Of a stretch of 64,000 bases of DNA, positions 36,396-47,800 are shown in pieces. Positions within the stretch are counted from its first letter, which is position 1; every line of letters starts with the position of its first letter. The translations under genes and the position numbers were made by a program. The notes beneath the pieces are model-generated. The model did not search any database, had not been told where the DNA came from, and worked only from the letters and a program-made list of their open reading frames with translations. Origin of the DNA: a virus; the IMG/VR virus record IMGVR_UViG_3300033485_000002, positions 104,261 to 168,260 of that record; one strand, written 5' to 3'.

Positions 36396-36683
36396 ATGTT
36401 TCGTGCCGCAATACCAGTTTTGGTTGTGCTGATTCCTTTGAATATGGTTGTTCTTATCTTCGGTTTCCGGTGGCTTGGTCGGATCTATAGTGCTCGGTTT
36501 GAAGCATTGACCGCTATTGTGACTGAAGCAGTGAACTATCAGCGGGCAGAGCTAGGGGCGTTTAAGGGACGATTTTTGAAAGAGGTCTTATCCCACGACC
36601 AAGCCTTTGATGAACTGGTAAATTTGAATGCCGAAGAGCTAGAAAGTGAAGGCAATGCCAATGGACATGAAAGCGATTCTTAA
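36396..36683 (+). CDS. membrane-anchored hypothetical protein
   Basis: GAGGT SD; N-terminal TM. Confidence 0.6.
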   Translation: MFRAAIPVLVVLIPLNMVVLIFGFRWLGRIYSARFEALTAIVTEAVNYQRAELGAFKGRFLKEVLSHDQAFDELVNLNAEELESEGNANGHESDS

Positions 36684-37503
36684 AAAGGAGTTGAACGACT
36701 TTTTGTTCGCCATAGCTGAAAGCTATGACGGGTTGGTAATGTCAAACATCCCGGATGCAAGGTTCGAAAAGGTTGTTACGGAAATTCAAGCTGCACAGGA
36801 TAAAACGCTAAATAAACTGATAGAGGTGTCCCGTCAGCTTGCAGACGAATCAGCGAAAGCGGTTATCTACCAGACTCATATGTCTGAGACCCCGAAAGAG
36901 TTAAAGGAAGTTGTGGAGGATATCGTGCCTAAACCAACGTTTCTAGGCCCTGCGCCTGCTCCTCCACGACAGGTGGCTGAGGACACCCCTCCTCAGATGA
37001 AACAGCTCTTAGAGGCAGCGGATAGGGTTTCTACCGGGGTGGGCGAGGCTCTTTTAGACTTTGGTGACGACGGGGAACTTGACCACGAACCGCCGACAAT
37101 GACTCTGGCTGAAGAAAAACGAATTGAGGCAGGACTTCCTCGAAAGCTCTACCGGCCTCATATCCATGTGGACCACACTGGTCGTCAAGAAGTTTCTCCT
37201 AGTGGAAAAGGGTTAATCACGGCTCCTCCGCTGGCATCCTCTTCAGGAGCGGCTACACTTCCTGAAGTTTCATTACGCGCTCCATTGGCAGCTCGGGAAC
37301 TCTTTGAACAGATTCGAGCCGTAGCAGGTCCACTGCTTCAGGAGCGGAATAACAAGTTTCGAGAGATCGGGTTTAAAATCATAGCTTTAACTGCACAGGG
37401 GTTAGCTTTAGATTATGCACTTCCTAGTTCTAGAGAGGTTATAACCGAGGATATGGAGGTGACTGTAGAGCCGGTCCCTTTCGCGGAGAAGATCAATGCT
37501 TGA
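36646..37503 (+). CDS. hypothetical protein
   Basis: Long ORF in operon; exact start uncertain. Confidence 0.65.
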   Translation: MKAMPMDMKAILKKELNDFLFAIAESYDGLVMSNIPDARFEKVVTEIQAAQDKTLNKLIEVSRQLADESAKAVIYQTHMSETPKELKEVVEDIVPKPTFLGPAPAPPRQVAEDTPPQMKQLLEAADRVSTGVGEALLDFGDDGELDHEPPTMTLAEEKRIEAGLPRKLYRPHIHVDHTGRQEVSPSGKGLITAPPLASSSGAATLPEVSLRAPLAARELFEQIRAVAGPLLQERNNKFREIGFKIIALTAQGLALDYALPSSREVITEDMEVTVEPVPFAEKINA

Positions 37504-37810
37504 AGAGCGAATTTATCTCGTGGCAGTACTGGTGCATTTATTGGGTGGACAAGATGTTGTGGCCATTGACGCAATTGAGGCGCTATCTCCGGAAACGGCT
37601 TCCAATACCGCTTACAATATGTTTCTACGAGCTGAAGGCCAAAGCATCGTTTTTGGGAGACAGGCTTTTTTCTCGGAAACAGTAGCCTCTTTTCAGGTTG
37701 AGGTACTTGCAGTAATTGACATCGAGGAAGAGGCTAATAAAGTGTGGAGACGCTCTATAGAAGTCTCGCGGGAGTTTTTCAAGAGAACAGAAGATGGCGA
37801 AAGAGACTGA
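37496..37810 (+). CDS. hypothetical protein
   Basis: GGAG SD; overlaps both neighbours. Confidence 0.6.
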   Translation: MLEERIYLVAVLVHLLGGQDVVAIDAIEALSPETASNTAYNMFLRAEGQSIVFGRQAFFSETVASFQVEVLAVIDIEEEANKVWRRSIEVSREFFKRTEDGERD

Positions 37811-39869
37811 TATTTTCAAGGTTTTACCTTCTATCGACATCAATCAGTTGATGTACGATGGGGGGGATAACGCGATTGTTTCCGAGCTGCTGACCTACCT
37901 TCAGCAGACCGGGGATACAGATATCTTGGATAGCATCTTCTATGAGGACTACGACGAGAAACCAGTATCCCCGCGTGAGTTTCTGAACTCCACCTACTAT
38001 CTCGGGCCGTTTTGCTATTCGCTCTATCCCAGGTGGAAAGAAGAGCTGTTACGAGTGCTTGACCCGAGGAACGGTATTAACGAGTGGATCTTATACGGAA
38101 GTATCGGTACTGGGAAAACCTCGGCAGCATGCGTGGCTCAGCTTTATAAGCTCTATCTGTTGAGCTGCATGAAGTCTCCTCAGAAGCTATTTGGTTTGGC
38201 AGAGCACTTCCCGGTGTACTTTGCCTTCTTCTCGGTGACTAAGGGCAAAGCTGAGGATGCCATCAACGCCAAGTTCCAGAGCATGATGAACATGTCCCCG
38301 TACTTCCGGGAGAAGCTCGAAAAGAACCCGCGTAAGGTCTTCCTCCAGGGTGCGGCGAACCTGTTTGGCGCAGGATATCGAGAACACCCTAAAAAAGACG
38401 ATCTGTTCGAGTTGACCCTTCCCCATAACCTGCACCTGCTCTTTGGCTCTCAGACGCAGCACGCGCTCTCCCTGGACGTGTTTTCGGCCACTCTGGATGA
38501 GATGAACTTCCGTGCCAAAAAGTCGATTCGTGAAGAAGAGGACGAGAACTCGGCGAAATCGCTGTACCATCAAGTCCGGACCCGTATCGAGTCTCGGTTC
38601 AAGCAAGCAGGGTTCAATGCGGGGCTGCTGATCAATATTTCATCGGCACGTTCTTCTGACTCTTTCGTCGAGATGCGGATGCAAGAAGTCCGGGATCGGG
38701 CTGTCAATAACGTCCATATCTCTGACTTTGCCTTGTGGGATGTGAAACCCGGACGGTATGGAGCTAAGCGGTTTCGGGTTTTCGTAAGTTCTGGGTTCCG
38801 TTCTTCCCGGATCTTGGATAAGAATGAGGCTGTCCCAGATTTACGCGAGGGGGAGCGGATCATCGAGGTGCCTGAAACGTTTCGAGAGTCGTTCGAAACT
38901 AGTCTGGATGCATCAATTCGTGATCTTGCCGGAGTGGCAACCGCAGCCGTCAACAAGCTGTTCCGTCGTCGAGAAGTTATCAAATTGGCCGATGGTGTCT
39001 ATCCAAACCCCATCCAACCAGAAACTATCGAGATCGGGCTGCGGACTGGGCTGGAGATCTCCGATTTCTTCGATGTGGATGAAGTCAGCCGGTACGATAA
39101 CATTCAACGGCACCTACACCATTACCCTCGGGCAGGACGGTTTGTACACGTAGACTTGGCTCGTCGTGGAGACTGTGTCGGGATCACATCGTTATGTGTC
39201 CCATTCTATTATGAGAAACATTCTCCACATACCGACAACAACGTTGAAGATGTTGTACTGAAGCTCCCATTTGTCTTTGTAGACTTCGTGTGCCGGATCA
39301 AAGCTCCGAAGATGGACGAGATCAGCTTCGAGAAGGTACGACAGTTCCTCGTTTGGCTGAGGGATAACGTGGGGTATCCGGTTGTGCGGATTTCCTATGA
39401 CTCTTGGCAGTCGATCCACTCGATTCAGCTTCTCCAGGAAAATGGTTTCGAAACTGAAACAATCTCGGTGGACAAGACGGATGAACCGTATATGGAGCTG
39501 TTGAACGCTTTTACGGAACACCGGCTCATGAAACCGCCACACTCTATTTTGGACGAGGAGTTGAAGAACCTGGAGCACGACATCTTGGCTGCAAAGGGGC
39601 AGGTAGACCACCCAGTTGGCCAATCGAAAGACGTGGCTGACTCATTAGCGGGGGCCTACCAGAACGCCCTAGAGTACATCCATAAGAACGGGTTTGGCGC
39701 GATCGGTTCCCAACTTGTTCAGGAAGCGATTCTTCCGGGGTTGTTTGCTAAGCACCCGAAGGAAATCAAAGCTGCTAAGCTATCGAAAGAGATGGGGTAT
39801 TCAGAACCGGTGTACTTCGAAGATAATTATGATGGAAGGTTTTACGGAACAGGTCGAACCATCCGTTGA
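37794..39869 (+). CDS. terL: terminase large subunit
   Basis: Walker A GSIGTGKT, Walker B ATLDE, nuclease motifs HVDLA, YDSWQS, DHP..SKDVADSLAG. Confidence 0.93.
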   Translation: MAKETDIFKVLPSIDINQLMYDGGDNAIVSELLTYLQQTGDTDILDSIFYEDYDEKPVSPREFLNSTYYLGPFCYSLYPRWKEELLRVLDPRNGINEWILYGSIGTGKTSAACVAQLYKLYLLSCMKSPQKLFGLAEHFPVYFAFFSVTKGKAEDAINAKFQSMMNMSPYFREKLEKNPRKVFLQGAANLFGAGYREHPKKDDLFELTLPHNLHLLFGSQTQHALSLDVFSATLDEMNFRAKKSIREEEDENSAKSLYHQVRTRIESRFKQAGFNAGLLINISSARSSDSFVEMRMQEVRDRAVNNVHISDFALWDVKPGRYGAKRFRVFVSSGFRSSRILDKNEAVPDLREGERIIEVPETFRESFETSLDASIRDLAGVATAAVNKLFRRREVIKLADGVYPNPIQPETIEIGLRTGLEISDFFDVDEVSRYDNIQRHLHHYPRAGRFVHVDLARRGDCVGITSLCVPFYYEKHSPHTDNNVEDVVLKLPFVFVDFVCRIKAPKMDEISFEKVRQFLVWLRDNVGYPVVRISYDSWQSIHSIQLLQENGFETETISVDKTDEPYMELLNAFTEHRLMKPPHSILDEELKNLEHDILAAKGQVDHPVGQSKDVADSLAGAYQNALEYIHKNGFGAIGSQLVQEAILPGLFAKHPKEIKAAKLSKEMGYSEPVYFEDNYDGRFYGTGRTIR

Positions 39870-39920
39870 TATTGGAACAATGCTTTATTGGAGTGACTCG
39901 TAAGAGTTGGAGGTTTGATT

Positions 39921-40271
39921 ATGAGCTTTCGTGATGAGGTGGCCACATATATCGAGCAGATGCTTGTCGAGGGGGTTCTTCCGGATTCCGACTTTGTGTT
40001 GGAGATGGAAGTCCCTGGTCAACAGCCTGGACCGCAAGCGAGTGGTGATGAGGGTGGGCCGAAGAGTGCTCCATCGGCCACTTTTCCGTGGATGGGGTCA
40101 GATCGCCCTCCGGTATTTAATGCCCCTGGACGAGTGATCCCCCCGGCAGCGTTTTCACAGCAGAACGCTCAGCATCCTCCGGCCATGTTCAGCGGAGCGT
40201 CTCAGGGCATGAAGGAAGAGGCGATTGCTGCTGTCCTGGCTGACCTGGAAGCTCTTCAGGCTGATGAATAG
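39921..40271 (+). CDS. low-complexity acidic/Pro-rich protein
   Basis: GGAGG SD; FRDEVATYIEQMLVE leader. Confidence 0.65.
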   Translation: MSFRDEVATYIEQMLVEGVLPDSDFVLEMEVPGQQPGPQASGDEGGPKSAPSATFPWMGSDRPPVFNAPGRVIPPAAFSQQNAQHPPAMFSGASQGMKEEAIAAVLADLEALQADE

Positions 40272-40283
40272 GGAGGTTGCCTC

Positions 40284-41378
40284 ATGGCAACCTTAAAGAG
40301 CCGCGCTCAGCATAAGCTGTTCGCTATGCGGGAGAAGGTGCGCTTAGACCCTTTGAGTATTGGTGACGCTTATTCTGTAGCGTTGACCGTGATGCGTTCC
40401 TTGTGCCCCCAGTTATTACGGGCAGCGGAAGAGTCCAAAAAGGCAAAGAAAACAGCGCCTACTCATGATGTGGCAACCTTCACGAGTACTGTGTTGTCTG
40501 TTATCGAGCATCGAGATGGCAGCATTTATGCTGCTTTTGTTACTGCCGTGGACTCAAAGCGGATCTTCCATGGGGATCGGTTTGCTGTGTCCTTGGCTCG
40601 TTTAGGCATTACGGACGAGCTACAGAGCAAGCTTCATACGAATGGATTCCCGGATATTGCTGAAATAGTAGCTTACAAGGCTCCTTGGTTCTGGGCACAG
40701 TATACCGCACAGGAGCTGCTCACGGTTCGCAATGAAGTTAGCACTGTGGTAACGCGGGTAATATCGCGCTTTACTGAGTCTATCACTACAGAAGATATCA
40801 ATGAGCTGTTAGAGGCTCAGCTTTTTCCACAAGTAGGGGTAACCAACTCTTACAGAGTCAAACTTGCTACAGCCGCTGATGCGCTTGATGTTACAGGTAG
40901 CCCAGAAGCTGCGTATCTACATCTTTTCCGGCAGTTGGCCCGTTCTCCGCGTGTTGTCTTACTGGACCAAAGTAGCAGCTTAGACGGTGTGTTTGAAACC
41001 TTTCATCAGCATTTGATGACGGATGTAGTGGCGCTACAGCGGTTGCTCCCTGGGGCCAAGTTTGGGGGGAAGCAGATTACCCCTTCTAAGCTCCAACAGA
41101 TGTTCAAAGATCCGCAGTTTACTCGGCGTTTGAAGCAAGCGTTCGAGAATGCCTATGACGTGACTCAGCATGATATCTCGATGGATAAGCTCTACCGGTC
41201 TATGCAGAAGTATAGTGTCTATACTGAGCTGGCACGAGCTGCTCGGGTCAAGGCAAACATCAAGCTCGATAGTAGTGCTGTTGATGCCATAGTTGGGGGT
41301 ATTGTCGGCCTTTTCTTTGCTTTTGCAGGTGACATGAAGGGGCAATCTTTCCCACTTATGAAGACGTTTAAGGGGTAG
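40284..41378 (+). CDS. hypothetical protein between terminase and portal
   Basis: GGAGG SD; contains INELLE junction. Confidence 0.7.
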   Translation: MATLKSRAQHKLFAMREKVRLDPLSIGDAYSVALTVMRSLCPQLLRAAEESKKAKKTAPTHDVATFTSTVLSVIEHRDGSIYAAFVTAVDSKRIFHGDRFAVSLARLGITDELQSKLHTNGFPDIAEIVAYKAPWFWAQYTAQELLTVRNEVSTVVTRVISRFTESITTEDINELLEAQLFPQVGVTNSYRVKLATAADALDVTGSPEAAYLHLFRQLARSPRVVLLDQSSSLDGVFETFHQHLMTDVVALQRLLPGAKFGGKQITPSKLQQMFKDPQFTRRLKQAFENAYDVTQHDISMDKLYRSMQKYSVYTELARAARVKANIKLDSSAVDAIVGGIVGLFFAFAGDMKGQSFPLMKTFKG

Positions 41379-41381
41379 CTA

Positions 41382-43154
41382 ATGGCTTCGCCGCTTGTAA
41401 ATGGTTTGATGCGTCTGACTCGGTTGGACAAGATTCTCCAGCAGGAGATGGCGGTACGCGCCCAACTTGGCGGTATCCCCACGCAGATGGCAGGGAGCGA
41501 TGATCTAGTTGGCGATTTGGCTGTTATTGAGGAAGCCCTCAGCCAGTTCAACATGATCACCCGCATGCACCGTGAACGACGGTTGCGGTACCAAGATTAT
41601 GACGCCATGGACAACTATGGTGATGTGTCGGTTGCCTTGGATATCTATGCGGAAGAAGCTACCCAAACTGATCTGATGCAAGAGACCAATCTGTGGATTA
41701 CCGGGGAACAGCGAGATGATGTCGAGGAGATGGTTCAGCGGTTGCACCTGCGGACCATGGTCCAAGGGTTTGCTCGACAGCTTGCCAAGTATGGAGATGT
41801 GTTTCAAAGCTTACGGTACAACTATGAAGGGTTGGACCGGATTCTGTATCTTCCCCCACAGTATGTCCATCGGATCGGTCCTAGCATTGACCTTGTGAAG
41901 TTCTTCAAGATTGACTCCCAGTTAGGCAAGGTTTCTCCCCGAGGGGATAACCTCCTTCTGCCGTGGGAGTGTGCTCACTTCCGCATCCTGTCTTTTGGGT
42001 TTTCGGTTCTGTATGGTCGCTCGATGTTGGAGCCTGCCCGTAAGCGGTGGCTTCATCTTAAACTGCTTGAAGATGCCGTTGCTATCTATCGTTTGAATCG
42101 GGCTGTTGAGCGGTTGATTTTCTATGTGGACGTTGGTGCGGCTTCGCCGCAGGAAGCGCTCCGCATGGTTAACCAGTACAAGCGGAAGTTCGGGAACAAG
42201 CGGTCGTACATCGATCCTTCGACGAGCACGTTCGAGCAGCAGTATGATCCGACCAACATGTTGGAGAACATCTTCTGGCCGGTGAACAGTGCTACGGAGC
42301 GTTCTCGGATCGAAAAGCTCGCTCCTCCTCCGGACCAAGGACAGCTCCAGGATCTAGCCCACTTTAACGAGAAGCTCTACGTTGCGCTCGGTATCCCGCG
42401 TGACTTTCTAACAGGGGAAACGACTGGTACCTGGAATAGCCGGGAGTCTCTGGCTCTTCAGGACATTCGGTTCTCTCGTAAGCTGCACCGGTTGCAAACG
42501 GCGTTACTAGAGGGGCTGGAGATGTTGGCCCGGTTCCACCTTGCTGTGAAGTACGGTAGTGCGGAGCAAGCTCAGGAAGCTGATTTCCAGATTCATCTTG
42601 CCGACGTATCCAAGATTGCCCGTCAGCAGTATGACCAGATTGTCCTGAACCGAGTACAGATGATGACCATGTTGAATGACATGGGCACTCAGATGAACTT
42701 CAATCGGGAAGTGTGGGTGAAGTGGATCCTGGCGAACTACTTCCCGGATCTCCCGAAGGAGATGATCGAGCAGTTGGTTGTGCCGGATGCCGCTTTGGCA
42801 CAAGCGCATCAAGAGATGGCTGATATGGCACGGCCAGTTATGGCTCCTCCGCAGGCTGCGTCAGCGAAATCTAAACCTAAACCTAAAGCGAAGACAGCCA
42901 AAAAGAAGACCCATGAGGAGATTATCGAGGGTGTAGTTGATAGGCTGCTTCAGCGAAATGTAGTTGAGGAAGATATCAATAGCATCGGGGATATCCTCGC
43001 TAATTGGCAGCCTGCGGATTTATCTATGACTTTGTTAGAGTCTGAGCGGCATCAGATCCCGGTTGAATGGCTCGAAGGTGCAGCGCAGCAATATAGTCGT
43101 TCATCTAATGCCCCCATCAAGAAGATCACAGAGACTGAACTTCTCGTGGAGTAG
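41382..43154 (+). CDS. portal protein (T4 gp20-like)
   Basis: YGRSMLEPARKRW..LKLLEDAVAIYRL.RAVERLIFYVDVG; ALDIYAEEA; DIRFSRKLHRLQ. Confidence 0.93.
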   Translation: MASPLVNGLMRLTRLDKILQQEMAVRAQLGGIPTQMAGSDDLVGDLAVIEEALSQFNMITRMHRERRLRYQDYDAMDNYGDVSVALDIYAEEATQTDLMQETNLWITGEQRDDVEEMVQRLHLRTMVQGFARQLAKYGDVFQSLRYNYEGLDRILYLPPQYVHRIGPSIDLVKFFKIDSQLGKVSPRGDNLLLPWECAHFRILSFGFSVLYGRSMLEPARKRWLHLKLLEDAVAIYRLNRAVERLIFYVDVGAASPQEALRMVNQYKRKFGNKRSYIDPSTSTFEQQYDPTNMLENIFWPVNSATERSRIEKLAPPPDQGQLQDLAHFNEKLYVALGIPRDFLTGETTGTWNSRESLALQDIRFSRKLHRLQTALLEGLEMLARFHLAVKYGSAEQAQEADFQIHLADVSKIARQQYDQIVLNRVQMMTMLNDMGTQMNFNREVWVKWILANYFPDLPKEMIEQLVVPDAALAQAHQEMADMARPVMAPPQAASAKSKPKPKAKTAKKKTHEEIIEGVVDRLLQRNVVEEDINSIGDILANWQPADLSMTLLESERHQIPVEWLEGAAQQYSRSSNAPIKKITETELLVE

Positions 43155-43169
43155 TTCCAATGGAGGATA

Positions 43170-43523
43170 GTGGTGTCCGTTACCTTTCAGAAGTTGGCTA
43201 CTCGTATCCAAGCTGACGTTGAGAACAACCCGGCTATTCCCCGTCTTACCCAAGCTCAAATCATGCTGTTGATGAATCGGATGTTCGAACAAGTCAGCAT
43301 AGCTTTGGCGAATGGTGAAGATGTTTATTTAGAGGGGTTTGGTCGTTTTTACCCGGATTGTAAGCCACCGCGTAAAGTGCGCTCAGGGCTGACTTCCGAA
43401 GTACATACAACACGATTCAAGATTTTTGTTCGCTTTAACCCATTCAAGGAGCTGAACCACCGGGTTCAAAAGTTCCTGGAGCAACTTGGTATCACTGAGG
43501 AGGACTTTAATGGACAACCCTAA
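43170..43523 (+). CDS. HU/IHF-family DNA-binding protein
   Basis: ALANGEDVYLEGFGRF..PRKVR..VRFNPFKEL. Confidence 0.85.
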   Translation: MVSVTFQKLATRIQADVENNPAIPRLTQAQIMLLMNRMFEQVSIALANGEDVYLEGFGRFYPDCKPPRKVRSGLTSEVHTTRFKIFVRFNPFKELNHRVQKFLEQLGITEEDFNGQP

Positions 43524-43692
43524 GCTCCCGCATCTCCGAACTCCCCCGGAAGAGGATGAGCCGTTCGAGAACATGGATCGCGAGATGGCGAAGCATTTTA
43601 AGCACACGCATCCTCACTACAACGAGAACGACTGGTACGGCAACAAGGCCCCAGAGACGGATGACGACAAGGACGATGCAGACGCTTCTTGA
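43510..43692 (+). CDS. small acidic hypothetical protein
   Basis: GGAGG SD before ATG 43510. Confidence 0.55.
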   Translation: MDNPKLPHLRTPPEEDEPFENMDREMAKHFKHTHPHYNENDWYGNKAPETDDDKDDADAS

Positions 43693-44443
43693 AGCCAAGA
43701 ACATCGGTGACCATGCTAGGGCACAGAACCCCTGGCGGCACCATGCTCTGGTTTCAACGATTCAAGCTGCCTTACGTCCAGGCCATCAGCAGACGCTACA
43801 GGACGTAGGGCAGCGTTTCGTTTATCCGGAGTTTGCCCGTCTTGAGGCACAGTTTCGTCGTGAATTGCTCGATGTCTTCACGAATATTAGCCAAAATCAA
43901 GAGTTGACGAACCGGCGTATGAAGGGCATCTTCCGCCGCTTCTACACCCAAGCCTTTCAGCTCGGGATGAAGGCTATGAAGGGGCATACGCTCACAACCA
44001 CCTTACCCAAGATGAACGATGAGGACAAACGGTGGTTAGAGACGTTTCTCCAGAAGGAGTTCAACTTCTGGAAGAACTTCATGGACGCGGTACGCAAAGG
44101 GACCACCAAGATGGACCCTAAGCGTCGGGTGGAGATGTATGTGCAGAGCCTGAAGGCGATGTACAACACATCCCGAGTGCTTGTGACGGCTCCTTCTACG
44201 TTGTTCTACTGGGAGACGACTCCGTCTGAGCACTGTAAACATTGCTTGTACCTCGCGTCGAAAAGTCCGTTCACCAAAGCGAATTTACCGACAATCCCTG
44301 CGAGTGGCGATACCCAATGTAGGAGCAATTGCCGTTGTCATCTGAGGATTGCCCAGACTTCGGTGCTTGACTATCAACGTGTGAAGAAAAATGCTCCAAC
44401 TCGGGAGGAACTGCTCCGAGGGTTGCAGGCCCTAAAAGGGTAA
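43676..44443 (+). CDS. head morphogenesis protein (MuF/SPP1 gp7-like)
   Basis: W..EHCKHC..P..GDTQCRSNCRCHL cysteine pattern just downstream of portal. Confidence 0.7.
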   Translation: MQTLLEAKNIGDHARAQNPWRHHALVSTIQAALRPGHQQTLQDVGQRFVYPEFARLEAQFRRELLDVFTNISQNQELTNRRMKGIFRRFYTQAFQLGMKAMKGHTLTTTLPKMNDEDKRWLETFLQKEFNFWKNFMDAVRKGTTKMDPKRRVEMYVQSLKAMYNTSRVLVTAPSTLFYWETTPSEHCKHCLYLASKSPFTKANLPTIPASGDTQCRSNCRCHLRIAQTSVLDYQRVKKNAPTREELLRGLQALKG

Positions 44444-44477
44444 GCTTTGGGATTCATTAGATGATAGGAGTCGGAAT

Positions 44478-44852
44478 ATGGACTTTCTACACATATTAGA
44501 CGAATTTATCGAAGATACCTTGACCTCGGGGTTCACCGAGGAACAGATCGCGAAGATGCTTTTGGAGGAAGACCGTTTACTCCAAGAAGGGGATAAGTTC
44601 CTCCCGATCATTGAAGCAGTTCATCGTGTTCGGCGTACGATTAGTGGGGTTCGAATTACTACTCGTAAATTTGGGCGGAAAGATCCTCGGCGCTCTCAGC
44701 TTATGAAACGTGTTGCACGGACACATCGAGCAAGTCGATTGATGGCAGCACGGAAATATCAGCGTTCTCCCAAGGCTAAGAGAGTACGGCGTATTGTGAT
44801 GCAACGACGACGGACAATGCACCCTATGCCTTCTCGTTACGGGCGGCGGTGA
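44478..44852 (+). CDS. prohead core-like protein (acidic N-terminus, R-rich C-terminus)
   Basis: Acidic half with LDE/LLE/LQE/IIE sites then poly-Arg half, like T4-type core proteins. Confidence 0.6.
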   Translation: MDFLHILDEFIEDTLTSGFTEEQIAKMLLEEDRLLQEGDKFLPIIEAVHRVRRTISGVRITTRKFGRKDPRRSQLMKRVARTHRASRLMAARKYQRSPKAKRVRRIVMQRRRTMHPMPSRYGRR

Positions 44853-44855
44853 AGC

Positions 44856-47800
44856 ATGTTTGGACCGTACGCCAATCTCGAAGAGCTGTTGGAGGCTACA
44901 AAAACTCCTCCGACAGGGCAAGCAGCAGCAAAAGTCATTGCGCCTTTCGCTAAGAACAGTAAGCCTAAGATGAATTGGAAACCTTTCGATACTATCGAGG
45001 TTTACAAGAAGTTTAGAGAAGCTTACACCCAGGATGAAGATCAACTTCGTTCTATCGCTAAGAACAATTTTGTCGCGAAGGCTATATTACAGGCATTTTT
45101 AGTCCAGGAGTTTCCATTAAAAGTTTACGTACAGGGAATTCCTGATGGTAATATGCCTGAGCAAATTTCACGACAATTTGCGTTTGCCTTAACTCGCCAA
45201 ACATACGAAAAGGTCATTACTTCAGCTATCAGTAGGGGGCATTTGGTCCGCTACTTTTATGTCTATCTTGTTGGTGGTTTAGACCGTGCTGCATGGGATA
45301 CTATTGTAAACCAAGTTTGGACACGGTGTGAAGAATTTATTGCGAACAAGTCGAGTAAGGAAACCGTTGCACACTATCTCAAGGAAATAACCTCAGATAT
45401 TAAGTCTAAGTATTGGAAAGAGCAGATCTTAGGGGTTATCAAATACCGTGTCCATGAAGCATCTACTCCGGGAGGGCATGCCCCTACCGAGTTGGTTCTG
45501 ACTGTTGAGCACGAAGACCCCCCGTTCGAGTACGCTAGCGGTGAGCGTAGGAACGCTTTAACTGCCAGTGACTATCAACACCTAATGCAGACTCCGATCA
45601 GGAGCAATCAACCAGATGTTCGGCTTGCGTTACACAAGCTCTATACCGCCTATGCTTGGGATCTTTTTGACGAGTTTGTGAAAAGAGAGGCCACAGGCCC
45701 AGAAAAACTCATTGGGAGTTTGCTCAAACAAGCTCCTTTACGCCATCAATATGACGCTGTAGTTCATCCAGATAGAAAGCGTGTAGCTCCTCCGGGTGAA
45801 ATGAAGAGAGATACGGGGGAACATCCTTTTCGAGGATTTGCTGAGGGGAGAAGTAAGGTAGTCGGTTCGATCAAAAGTAGTGAGTATCGTTTCGATACTG
45901 TAACGGCAGATCCTGCGTACCGAGCATGGTTACAGTCAGACGGCTCAGTCAAGAAACCGGAGAAACAACCGGTAGACCAGCGTGATTTTAACACCTTTTT
46001 CCCTGTGGCACCGGTTGCTCCGTTATTGGAAAATGCTCATTACAAGATTACATTCGGTATCCATTATGACAATCCACTATTGAGTAGGGATTCACGGGGC
46101 CAAACTTATTGGTATGCGAATCGGAGTCAGTTTCTTCAAGCAGCATACCAATACGCGGTAATGACCGGAGATCGGCCTACTATCGCCTTTTTCATTACTA
46201 GTAAGCTTGGTAGTAACGCAAACGAAATCATGTCCGAAAATGAACTTAGCAAGCATCATGCAGGACCAGAAGCTAGGGATATTATCAAGCAAAAAGATGA
46301 TCTTGTCCTGGCTTTCTGGCGGCATGCAGATCAGGGACAACGAGCTTTCCCAATTCTTATTGCAAAATGGTTCGGTGTCTCTCCGGACAAGTATGTAGTC
46401 CCTTACAACCCGAATAAGGACGTACCGGAGAATATCGACCCGGCTGACTGGCACAAGTATCGGGCATGGGTGCAGAAAACTGCCAGTACCAAACTCGGGT
46501 TGAACTTGTCGTCACTGCACGACATGTCGGCCAAAGACAAAGAGACGATGCTCAAGCTTCAACAGCACCCACCGGGGCGGGATCATATCGCGGGTGCTAT
46601 GGCGTTGAATCGGACTCGTAAGTTCACAGGTGAGCGGGATGAGAAAGGTAACCCGATTGAACCGTGGGGGGTCTATCTCATTCAGTACGCGCTGGCATAC
46701 GGGATGTCAGATGCGGCAGCTACGCCAACGTTTATGGTTCCGATCAATGTGATCAAGTCCACCAAGGGAACTATCCCTCCTCATCGGACACTTACGAAGG
46801 TTCTTCGTAACGATTTGGAGAAGCTGTTACGGACTCATTGGCCGGATTACAAGGTCACGAACCCGAGATACTCTACGGGGAAGCGTGCGCCACTGTCAGA
46901 TTGGAAGTTCATTGCGGGTAACCCGGCGCTGCCGTTTCCTTACCCTCGGTTAGTTCGGCCTCTTCCTCTGGCCGATGCTGAAGTTCGGGATAAGCTCAAT
47001 GCTAAGTACCCGAATAACGTTCGCCGCACAACCCATGGCTTTCAGATTGACGGTGTCACGTACGATGCTTTCGTGATGCTTGTGGCGATGCCGCCATCTG
47101 TTGTAGAGAAGGAGTTCAACCTTCTGAAACGGGATGGAACTGCCCGTCAACTCATCTCCGATCCTACAATGTTGAGCCGATTGAAGGGAGCTGGTAGCCC
47201 TAGAGAGATGTTAAAGCGGGTTAAAAGTAAGGGGCTGCCTGATGAGCATCCAGAGAATATTAAGGGGGAAGGCACTCTCAAGCAGATGGGGCTGATGCCT
47301 CGTTCTATGGGAGTGCAGTTCATGACGAACCCGTACGAGAAAGCCTCTCAAGAGGTAGATCCGTTCAAGTTATTGAACATGGAGAAAGCGACTCCGCTTG
47401 GTCCAGAATATTACTTATCCCAGATCGGTGAACGGTGGAAACCAAAGATTACGACGATCCTTACGGATGCGGGAAACGTAGCTTACCGGGCTGTGACTGG
47501 ATTTGAGCACGAACAAAGCCCGGAGAAGCGTAAGGAGATGTACGCTAATTGGTTGAAGGCAGTGGCTTTGAACATGGAGAAGTCCGAAGACGCTTTAACC
47601 CAGCTCTTAAAGGATGTCGTAGCCGCCGTAGACTTAGAGCACCGTACGACGGGTTCGGATATGGCACGGCGTCAACAACTCTATTTGGACTATGTGCGCC
47701 GGGAGACGGCAGCAGGTGGAGCGTACAAGGAACCGCAGCTTATCTACAAGATTAAGATGACTGAGTTCCAGGCTCCGATCGGGTCTACAGGATTTCGGAA

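Noticed and set aside
37794-43154. Intein, intron or homing endonuclease in terminase or portal
   Set aside because: Continuous ORFs of ordinary length with no splice-junction, LAGLIDADG or HNH motifs seen
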